A DNA stretch of 19,143 bases from Chthoniobacteraceae bacterium (GTDB taxonomy: Bacteria; Verrucomicrobiota; Verrucomicrobiia; Chthoniobacterales; Chthoniobacteraceae): positions 1-19,143 of the forward strand of contig JBEBGD010000106.1 in the NCBI GenBank assembly GCA_040081625.1. Direction: 5' to 3'. Position 1 is the stretch's first letter; each line of letters begins with the position of its first letter. The notes below the pieces were generated by a model. It saw nothing but the letters and a program-made list of their open reading frames with translations, made no database searches and was not told the origin of the DNA. Positions 1 to 7,180 of the stretch are shown here, piece by piece. The position numbers were made by a program, and so were the translations under genes.

Positions 1-105
1 GCATCCTGCCGCCCCCCGCGCACACCGCCTGCTGGCAAATCCGCTCAGCTATCCCGTTTTGGGATGAACCATGCCTATCGGGGATCGTGACATCGGCGAT
101 GCCTG

Positions 106-284
106 GGAGCACCAACGGTGCGCCGCCATGCCAGCCCAAGGCAACGCCTTGGGTCTCACCCGCCACAAGCGCAAGCCCTGAAGGGGCGAAACCAATCTGC
201 CGCCCCTTCAGGGCTCGATCCGTCTTCGATCATTCACCCAGGGCGTTGCCCTGGGCTGGCATGTCTGCGGGCCGTTGGCCCTCC
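106..284. repeat. Nested palindromic REP-like element A (three pairs of inverted arms)
   Basis: Outer arms 106-122 / 268-284. Middle arms 127-154 / 236-263 (26/28 match as inverted repeat). Inner arms AGCCCTGAAGGGGCG 174-188 / CGCCCCTTCAGGGCT 201-215 (perfect). Outer and middle arms are themselves hairpins with AAC/GTT loops. Confidence 0.9.
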
Positions 285-318
285 ATACTTGTCACGTCAC
301 CGGACAAACATCGGATGA

Positions 319-403
319 ACCACAAAGGCCACGAAGCGCACAAAGGCGAAACAACGCGGTCGCCCGTGCCTGCCCCGCCCTCCCTCTTCGGGTCCGTCGT
401 GGT
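319..403. repeat. Degenerate nonamer-periodic inverted repeat element B
   Basis: Tandem 9-mers CACAAAGGC CACGAAGCG CACAAAGGC at 321-347. 319-336 matches the reverse complement of 386-403 at 14/18. Confidence 0.6.
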
Positions 404-420
404 GCGAATCCTCGCTATCG

Positions 421-546
421 GCCCGTTGAAAAACTCGTCGCCTCGGTGGTGGTCCACAGATTGCACCGATTTTCGCAGAGACGCTGAACCAATCGCCGGG
501 GCCAATCTGTGTCCATCCGTGAAATCTGTGGACGACTTCAACAGGC
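421..546. repeat. Nonamer-periodic inverted repeat element C inside short outer inverted ends
   Basis: 452-479 matches the reverse complement of 506-533 at 22/28 (units like CACAGATTN). Outer GCCCGTTGAA 421-430 / TTCAACAGGC 537-546 match at 9/10. Ends 2 bp from the stop codon of the XRE gene. Confidence 0.8.
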
Positions 547-548
547 TC

Positions 549-824
549 CTACGCCACCGCCAGCTCGAGCGCCTCCGCCTCGATCACCAGTTCACTATAG
601 TCCAGCTCCAGCGCGAAGGCGATCCGGTCCAGCATATCCGCGGTCGCGTTCTGCCGGCCATGCTCGATCTCGCTCAACGTCCTCACCCCGATCTTCACCG
701 CCCGCGCCACCTCCTCCTGCGTCATCTTCAGGGCCTCCCGCCGTCGCTTGATCGCCACCCCCAGGCACTTGCAGATCGCCGACCTGGCCGTCACCGGATC
801 GAGCACCAACCGCTGCCGTTTCAC
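549..824 (-). CDS. XRE-family helix-turn-helix transcriptional regulator (91 aa)
   Basis: LGVAIKRRREALKMTQEEVARAVKIGVRTLSEIEHGRQNATADMLDRIAFAL fits the HTH_3/XRE pattern (IxxxR...TQxExA...LSxIExG...T...L..IA.AL). GTG start, with GGAGG about 12 nt upstream. Confidence 0.9.
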   Translation of the reverse strand: MKRQRLVLDPVTARSAICKCLGVAIKRRREALKMTQEEVARAVKIGVRTLSEIEHGRQNATADMLDRIAFALELDYSELVIEAEALELAVA

Positions 825-1004
825 AACCGCATCCGCCTCCCATCATTCGTTCACGCGCCACCGCCCGCACGGTGTCCGCTCCGCCCCATCCCCGCATCAA
901 CCGTCCCCGCCCGCAGCAGCACGACGCTGCGCAGGTTGTTCTGCTGGAGGACCGTTTCCATCCGGCAATAATGCGTCCCGCCGTGCCGCCTGCAATCCTG
1001 AATT

Positions 1005-1130
1005 TCCTCGTTCCCAAACTCCGATTTGGGAACGCAATTGCTCCAGCAACCCCGTTGCAACATCGCCCTGCGATCGCAACAGAGCTGCAGCCGGCAAGTG
1101 CGTGCCCAAATCGGAGTTTGGGCACGAGGA
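1005..1130. repeat. Palindromic REP-like doublet element D
   Basis: 1005-1036 matches the reverse complement of 1099-1130 at 30/32. Each arm is a hairpin CGT(T/G)CCCAAA...TTTGGG(A/C)ACG. Inner mini-hairpins at 1046-1058 and 1076-1088. Confidence 0.92.
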
Positions 1131-1192
1131 GAACTCTCTTTCGCAATGAAAGGCGCGGGGAAAGAGTGAGGCTTTCCGGCGTGCAACCGTGC

Positions 1193-2074
1193 TCATCTAG
1201 ACGGCGGCTGCGCGAGTTGCGTGCGAGTTGCTTCGTCGCGTTCAAGCTGGGTCCGACGTGCGAGGAGCTTATTCATTTCTTCGTAAATCGCGAAAGTAAC
1301 ATCCCGCGCCTCCATTGCGCTGATTTCCAGCAGTCGCTGATTGATGCGTTCTGCTTCTTCGACAGGAGTTGGCTGCGCACTCCCCTCATCAATCTGTGCT
1401 TGGCGTATGCGATATTCACGGCTGAGCTGTCCCCGTTCGAAAAGCAAATCCCGCACAGCCCGAAATGCCTCACCGACCATCTTCGCATTATAGGGCAAAT
1501 CCGGCTTCGCGGAAACCTTTCGCTGTAGCCCATGATCTTCAAGCCAGCGATTAATGGTATCCTCTAGCTTGAGCAGAAGCGGCTTCGGCAGCGTCAGTTC
1601 GAATGGATCAATGGTTTCCTGGACTTTCACTGCAATCTCCGCGAGAACTTCGGCGATGATCGAAAATTCGAACATCTCGCCAGTTTTTCCGTCAACGATG
1701 CAAAAACCCGACATTTCTGGGACAACTGTTATTCTACTATTTTTGCCAATGACCTTATTGCCTCGCGCATCTCGATCATTCCATGGAATGGCGTCGATGT
1801 GAAGGCGCTTAGCGTCCATTTCTAGACGGCTCTGTCTGAGTTCGGCATTGTTGGGATTTTCGTTGATCACCATCTCAACGAACACAAGCGCTTCGTCGCT
1901 CACGCCAGCCCCAGTTTTCAGCGAAGCACGGTAAGTCTCAATAACCAAGCGTTTATCTTCGTCCGTATAATTTCGGTCGATCGTGCTATAGAGCTTGGCG
2001 CAGCTTGCCGCATCAAGAGTTGTTACGATTGTATGGAAAGCTGCTTTTTCGACACGGGAAAGAAGCGACTTCAT
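1193..2074 (-). CDS. Hypothetical protein (293 aa), low GC, no recognised family
   Basis: Long ATG-started ORF with natural amino acid composition in a segment of about 45-52% GC (three sampled 60-nt lines), where chance ORFs of this size are unlikely. Candidate promoter directly upstream. Confidence 0.8.
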   Translation of the reverse strand: MKSLLSRVEKAAFHTIVTTLDAASCAKLYSTIDRNYTDEDKRLVIETYRASLKTGAGVSDEALVFVEMVINENPNNAELRQSRLEMDAKRLHIDAIPWNDRDARGNKVIGKNSRITVVPEMSGFCIVDGKTGEMFEFSIIAEVLAEIAVKVQETIDPFELTLPKPLLLKLEDTINRWLEDHGLQRKVSAKPDLPYNAKMVGEAFRAVRDLLFERGQLSREYRIRQAQIDEGSAQPTPVEEAERINQRLLEISAMEARDVTFAIYEEMNKLLARRTQLERDEATRTQLAQPPSR

Positions 2075-2089
2075 AGCGTTTCTGTGCGT

Positions 2090-2117
2090 ATTGTGGTGTC
2101 GAGGTTTGCATGGTCAA
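2090..2117 (-). promoter_or_regulatory. Putative sigma70-type promoter for the orphan gene
   Basis: Minus strand TTGACC (2117-2112), 16-nt spacer, CACAAT (2095-2090), 15 nt upstream of the ATG at 2074. Confidence 0.45.
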
Positions 2118-2132
2118 GCTTCCGTTAGGGCG

Positions 2133-2775
2133 CTACGGTTTTTAGACCGGGCCTGGTGAGTATGGCGAGGGCGACAAGTTCCTCGGCGTCACCGTGCCGC
2201 AGACGCGCTCGCTGCTGCCGCAGAGCGATGACATGAGCGAGGCGGATGTGCTCAGCCTGCTGCGCTCGCGATGGCACGAGGAACGCCTGCTCGCGCAGCT
2301 CATTCTCGTCCGGCGATTTGAGAGAACCGGGCGCGACCACTTCGTGAAGCTCTACCTCGCGAACACGAAATGGATCAACAACTGGGATCTCGTGGACAGC
2401 AGCGCGCCGCAGATTCTCGGCACCTGGCTGCTGCGGCGCAAGCGCGCGGTGCTGCGCCGGCTCGCGAAATCGAAGAGCCTGTGGGAGCAGCGCATCGCGA
2501 TCGTAGCCACACAGGCGTTGATCCGCGACGGGCAGTTTCACGATACGATGGAGCTGAGTGAGGGCTTCCTCACTCACGATCACGATCTCATGCACAAGGC
2601 GTGCGGGTGGATGCTGCGCGAGGTGGGCAAGCGCGACGAGGCGGTGCCCAGGTGCTTCCTCGACCAGCACGCCGCCGCGATGCCGCGCACGATGTTGCGA
2701 TACGCGATCGAGAGGCTCGCCGAACCCGAGCGGCGGCACTACCTCAAAGCCCGGCGCATTCTCGACTCGCATTGA
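2133..2775 (+). pseudogene. DNA alkylation repair protein (AlkD-like HEAT-repeat glycosylase family), 5' disrupted
   Basis: Motifs WHEERLLA, INNWDLVDSSAP, WEQRIAIVAT, HDLMHKACGWMLREVGKR, MPRTMLRYAIE. The frame continues upstream of the GTG at 2194 as TGPGEYGEGDKFLGVT (2146-2193) but is closed by TAG 2143-2145 where the family has Lys (F-K-T-G-P-G-E-Y-G-E-G-D). Confidence 0.8.
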
Positions 2776-2777
2776 TC

Positions 2778-2899
2778 GGGTAGAAGCGACGCCCTCGTCG
2801 CTTGAGGGTGTCAGCGGCGCCTCGCCGCTGCATCGGAGAGCGCACCGTTCGGTGCGTCACTCGCCGGAATGCTGAAGCGGCGAGGCGCCGCTTCTACCC
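2778..2899. repeat. GTAG-type REP doublet (REPIN-like) element E
   Basis: GTAG 2780-2783 then hairpin AAGCGACG-CCCT-CGTCGCTT. Inverted partner AAGCGGCG-AGG-CGCCGCTT-CTAC at 2875-2897. Third copy of the stem at 2812-2830 and another hairpin at 2841-2856. Confidence 0.9.
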
Positions 2900-3009
2900 T
2901 GCGGCCCGTCGCTACGCTCTGCCACTGCGTTCAAAGTGCCGGAGCGGGGCGCGATGAAACGATGAAGCTTCCCGCTTTTCTCCTGAGCGCGAATCTGGAA
3001 ACTGCCGGC

Positions 3010-4074
3010 ATGAAGCTCCCACCTCTCCTTTTCGCTCTCCCACTCGCGCTGCACGCCGCAGACGCGCCGCTCGTCTTTAATGATCCGCAGCCGCAGCGCT
3101 ATGAACTGACCGCGCGCGCGAGCCAGGTCGATCCGCGCGCGAAGCCGCATCCGGAGATCGAGTTCGTCCTCGAGAAAGCCGGCAAACCCGCCGACGTGCA
3201 GAACGCGAGCGTCGATACGCGCGTCGCGCCGCAGGGCAAGCTGGTGATCTGGCTGATGGGTCACAACAAGGGGTTGTTCGAGCGGGTGAACAGCTACGGG
3301 CTGCACGCCATCCAGGTGCATTATGCGAACGGCTGGTTCGGGAAGTTCGGCAACCAGTCGCCGGGCGACGACGGCAAGCTGCTCGGCAGGATCCGGCTCG
3401 AGGCGGCGACGGGCGAGGACTTCAGCCCGCTCGTGGAGATCCCGAAGCCCGACGGCATGATGGAGCGCGCGCTGCAGTTCGTGAAGTGGCTCGCGAAGGT
3501 GAATCCGCAGGGCCGATGGGATACCTTCCTGACTGACGACAAGGCCGGGCTGCGCTGGGATCGCGTGATCATCTCCGGCAGCTCGCACGGCTCCACGACA
3601 GCGGCGCGCTTTGCGAAGCATCAGAAGGTCGATCGCGTGGTGATGCTGTGCGGCCCGCGCGATCAGCTCGAGACGTGGCAGGGGCTCCCGTCCGCCACGC
3701 CGGTGAACCGTTACTTCGGCTTCAGCCACGTGCTCGATACGGGCTGGAGCGGGGATCACTACTGCCGTTCGTGGGAGCTGCTCGGGCTGAATCAATTTGG
3801 CCCGATCGTGAACGTGGACCAAACCCCGTCACCCTATGGCAACTCGCGCCGGCTGATCACCGATGCCGACGTGAAGGGCGACGCCAAGCGCGCACACAGT
3901 TCCGTGCAGCCCGGCGGCTCGGCGGTGAAGGACGCGAGCGGGAAGCTCATCCACGAGGACGTGTGGCGTTATCTCTTCACGCACCCGGTGGACAAAGTGG
4001 GCGCAGCAGTGCCGCACGACGAGAGCTGCCAGATGGATCTGCGCGACGCACCGAAACCGGCGAAGAAGAAGTAG
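3010..4074 (+). CDS. Secreted alpha/beta-hydrolase-like protein (resembles BPSS1187-type proteins), 354 aa
   Basis: Signal peptide MKLPPLLFALPLALHA from ATG 3010 (alternative ATG 2962). Nucleophile-elbow-like IISGSSHGST, later FSHVLD and AHSSV as candidate acid and His positions. Confidence 0.7.
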   Translation: MKLPPLLFALPLALHAADAPLVFNDPQPQRYELTARASQVDPRAKPHPEIEFVLEKAGKPADVQNASVDTRVAPQGKLVIWLMGHNKGLFERVNSYGLHAIQVHYANGWFGKFGNQSPGDDGKLLGRIRLEAATGEDFSPLVEIPKPDGMMERALQFVKWLAKVNPQGRWDTFLTDDKAGLRWDRVIISGSSHGSTTAARFAKHQKVDRVVMLCGPRDQLETWQGLPSATPVNRYFGFSHVLDTGWSGDHYCRSWELLGLNQFGPIVNVDQTPSPYGNSRRLITDADVKGDAKRAHSSVQPGGSAVKDASGKLIHEDVWRYLFTHPVDKVGAAVPHDESCQMDLRDAPKPAKKK

Positions 4075-4141
4075 CCCGTCGATGAGCGCGCCGTTCGAAT
4101 CCAGCGGAAGCGTGAAGGCCGGATGGACTTCACTTCAGGCG

Positions 4142-5707
4142 ATGAGAAGTCTGGTTCGGGTGCTCATGGCCATCGCCGTCCTCGCAAGCGTGCGTGCGGC
4201 GGAGCGGCCGAACATCGTGCTCTTTCTCTGCGACGATCTCGGCTTCTCGGATGCGGGCTGCTATGGCGGCGAGATCCCGACTCCGCATATCGATGCGCTG
4301 GCGAAGGGCGGGCTGCGGTTCACGCAGTTTTACAACAACGCGGTGTGCGGCCCGACGCGCGCGTCGTTGCTCACCGGGCTCTACGCGCAGCAGGTCGGCC
4401 ACAGCGGCAGAGGCTGGAACGACGCGACTGATTTCTCGAAATGCGTGACGCTCGGCGAAGTGCTCAAGAGCGCCGGCTACCGGACGCTCGTGGTCGGCAA
4501 ATGGCAGGATCGCGATCTGCCGGGGCGGCGCGGCTTCGATCGGTTCTTCGGGCCGCAGTGCGCGGGGAAGATCAGCTACTTCGACGAAGTGCAGCTCAAC
4601 CCGTTCTACCTCGACGAGACGCGGGTGAAGCTGCCCGATGATTTTTACCTCACCGACGCGCTGACCGACTACGCGGTGAAGTTCGTGGATGAAGCGCTGT
4701 CGAAACCGGACGTGCCGTTCTTCCTCTACGTCGCACACGTCGCACCGCACTGGCCGCTGCACGCGCGGGAAGCGGACATCGCGCCGCACCGGGAACGCTA
4801 CCGCCGCACGGGATGGGACGAGTGGCGGGCGACGCGCTTTGCGAAGCAGCGGGAACTTGGGCTCGTGCCCGCGTCGTGGGAACTCGGTGCGCGTCCCGTC
4901 GCGGCGCCCGCGTGGAAACGCGACGAGCTCACCGACTGGCAGGCGGAGCGCATGGCCGTGTATGCGGCGCAGGTCGCGTCGCTCGATCGCAGCCTCGGGC
5001 GCCTGATGGAGACGATCCGCAAAGCCGGCGCCGCGGACAACACGCTGGTGCTCTTCCTCTCCGACAACGGCGCCGCGCCCGACGGCGGTGCAACGCCGGG
5101 ACCGAAAAGTTTCCGCGTCGATTTGAAGGATGACTGGCGGCTCAATGGCAAACCGATGCGCTGCGCGAGCGGACCGGACAACATGCCCGGCCCGGCGGAC
5201 ACCTTTGCCGCATACGGCCTCGCGTGGGCGACGACGAGCAACACGCCATTTCGGAGCACGAAGCTCACCGCCTACGAAGGCGGCATCCGCACGCCGTTCA
5301 TCGCAAGTTGGCCGGCGGTGATTCGCGATGGCGGACGCATGACCAGCGAAGTCGGCCACGTGATCGACCTGATGCCGACGTTCGCCGAAGTGGCCGGCGC
5401 GAGGTATCCCGCGGAACTCGACGGACGCAAACCGCTGCCGATCGAAGGCCGGAGTCTGCTGCCGACGCTGCGACGTGAAGCGCGCGCCGGGCACGACCTC
5501 CTCGCATGGCGCGTCCCGCACAATCGCGCGCTCCTGTCCGGGAACTGGAAGCTCGTCGAATCGCCGGCGAGCAAGCAGTGGGAGCTTTACGATCTCGCGG
5601 CTGACGGCACGGAGACGAACAACCTCGCGGCGCAGCATCCTGACATCGTGAACGACCTCGCAGCGAAGTGGCAGAAGTGGGCCGATCGCTGTGGCGCGAA
5701 ACCGTAA
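4142..5707 (+). CDS. Arylsulfatase-type, Cys/formylglycine-dependent S1 sulfatase (521 aa)
   Basis: Signal peptide then RPNIVLFLCDDLG. Signature CGPTRASLLTG (CxPxR at 4346-4360), GYRTLVVGKW, APHWPLH, FLSDNG, YEGGIRTP, WELYDL. Confidence 0.95.
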   Translation: MRSLVRVLMAIAVLASVRAAERPNIVLFLCDDLGFSDAGCYGGEIPTPHIDALAKGGLRFTQFYNNAVCGPTRASLLTGLYAQQVGHSGRGWNDATDFSKCVTLGEVLKSAGYRTLVVGKWQDRDLPGRRGFDRFFGPQCAGKISYFDEVQLNPFYLDETRVKLPDDFYLTDALTDYAVKFVDEALSKPDVPFFLYVAHVAPHWPLHAREADIAPHRERYRRTGWDEWRATRFAKQRELGLVPASWELGARPVAAPAWKRDELTDWQAERMAVYAAQVASLDRSLGRLMETIRKAGAADNTLVLFLSDNGAAPDGGATPGPKSFRVDLKDDWRLNGKPMRCASGPDNMPGPADTFAAYGLAWATTSNTPFRSTKLTAYEGGIRTPFIASWPAVIRDGGRMTSEVGHVIDLMPTFAEVAGARYPAELDGRKPLPIEGRSLLPTLRREARAGHDLLAWRVPHNRALLSGNWKLVESPASKQWELYDLAADGTETNNLAAQHPDIVNDLAAKWQKWADRCGAKP

Positions 5708-5749
5708 GTTTTGCTATCCGCGGTTCAGTCACAGACTTCTCCCACCGCC

Positions 5750-7180
5750 ATGAATCCGAACCAGCACACCGACCTCTCCCGCCGCCACTTTCTCCGCACT
5801 GCTTCGCTCGGCGCGGTCGCGACACCTGCACTCGCCGCCGGGGCAGAGCAGCGCGCGACTCCGATCGACAGCAAGAATTTCCACGAGCCCGCCATGACGC
5901 TGCCACTCGTCGGCGACGCCGATGTGATCGTCTGCGGCGCGGGACCGGCGGGCGTCGCGGCGGCGATCACCGCGGCGCGCGCTGGCGCGAAGGTGCGGCT
6001 CTTTGAGTGGCGCGGGTGTCTCGGCGGCGTCTGGACGGCGGGGCTGCTCGGTTATCTGCTCGATTTCAACAAGCCGGGCTTCGCGAAGGAACTCGCGCAC
6101 AAGCTCGCCGAGCGCGGCATCCGGCGCGGCACCAGCGCGAGCAGCATCTGTTACGAGCCCGAGGGCATGAAGCTGCTGCTTGAGGATCTGTGCGTCGAGG
6201 CGGGCGTGAAGTTCCAGTTTCACACGCGCGTCGCCGCTGCGTATCGCGAGGGTCGGCGGCTCACCACGATCATCACGGAGTCGAAGTCGGGGCGGCAGGC
6301 ATGGCGCGCTCCCGTTTTCATCGATACGACAGGCGACGGCGATCTCGGCGCGTTCGCGGGCTGCGAGTGGGACATCGGCGAAGCGAAGGATTGCCCGTGC
6401 CAGCCGATGTCGCTCAATGCGCTGCTCGTCGTGAAGGATGCGGAGGCGCTGCGCGAGTTCATCCGCATGGACAAGCCGAACCCCGGCGAGAACGAGCAGG
6501 CGAAGAAGGAAATCATTCGCGCGGCCATCGAACGAACCGGGCACTTCCCCTCCTACAGCAAGCCGACGCTCTGGCAGGTGCGCGACAACCTCATCCTCGC
6601 CATGTTCAACCACGAGTATGGCATCAAGCCCTTCGACGCGGCACAGGTCACCGAGGCCACGGTGCGCGCGCGTTCGGAGATGAACCGGATGATCGACGGA
6701 CTGCGCAAGCTCGGCGGGCCTTGGGAGGGAATCCAGATCGCCGCGACCGCCGAGCAGATCGGCGTGCGCGATGGACGCCGCATCGCAGGCCGCTACACGG
6801 TGAGCCAGGACGACGTGACCACCGGCGCGCGCCACGAAGACGCCGTCGTGCGCCCGACCTTCTCGATCGATATCCACGCCACGAGCGCGGAGCAGAACAA
6901 GGTCTCGGGATACTCGGGCCGCGGCTTGAAGGTGAAGCCCTACGACATCCCGCTGCGCGCGCTCATCGCGCGCGATGTGGACGGCTTGATGATGGCGGGC
7001 CGGTGCATCAGCGGAGATTTCATCGCGCACTCCAGCTATCGCGTGACGGGCAACGCGACCGCGATGGGCGAAGCCGCCGGTGCCGTCTCCGCGCTCGCGG
7101 CGCAGAGCAAGCGACTGCCGCACGAAGTGACCTGGAGCGAGGCGGTCGCGGCGTTGACGAAGATTGGCCATCGCGCGTGA
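5750..7180 (+). CDS. Tat-exported FAD-dependent oxidoreductase (FAD_oxidored/PF12831-like), 476 aa
   Basis: Twin-arginine SRRHFLR. Rossmann DVIVCGAGPAGVAAA, LGGVWTAG, FIDTTGDGDL, GVRDGRRIAG, YDIPLRALI, AGRCISG, SYRV, MGEAAG. Confidence 0.9.
   Translation: MNPNQHTDLSRRHFLRTASLGAVATPALAAGAEQRATPIDSKNFHEPAMTLPLVGDADVIVCGAGPAGVAAAITAARAGAKVRLFEWRGCLGGVWTAGLLGYLLDFNKPGFAKELAHKLAERGIRRGTSASSICYEPEGMKLLLEDLCVEAGVKFQFHTRVAAAYREGRRLTTIITESKSGRQAWRAPVFIDTTGDGDLGAFAGCEWDIGEAKDCPCQPMSLNALLVVKDAEALREFIRMDKPNPGENEQAKKEIIRAAIERTGHFPSYSKPTLWQVRDNLILAMFNHEYGIKPFDAAQVTEATVRARSEMNRMIDGLRKLGGPWEGIQIAATAEQIGVRDGRRIAGRYTVSQDDVTTGARHEDAVVRPTFSIDIHATSAEQNKVSGYSGRGLKVKPYDIPLRALIARDVDGLMMAGRCISGDFIAHSSYRVTGNATAMGEAAGAVSALAAQSKRLPHEVTWSEAVAALTKIGHRA

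Noticed and set aside
51..65. Small palindrome ATCCC-GTTTT-GGGAT as a possible operator
   Set aside because: Only 5-bp arms, single occurrence and no assignable target gene in the window.
87..971. 294-aa plus-strand ORF and other ORFs over 87-1528
   Set aside because: They translate palindromic repeats and the antisense of the XRE gene, are Pro/Arg-rich and show no family motifs.
106..1130. Repeats as a CRISPR array
   Set aside because: They are inverted pairs from different families, not identical direct repeats with unique spacers, and no cas genes are present.
1212..1231. Direct repeat GCGAGTTGC x2 at the orphan gene 3' end
   Set aside because: Too short to distinguish from chance and not positioned as a target-site duplication.
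2124..2130. GTTAGGG as an integron core site beside the orphan gene
   Set aside because: It does not fit GTTRRRY, I found no matching attC structure at the other end, and there is no integrase.
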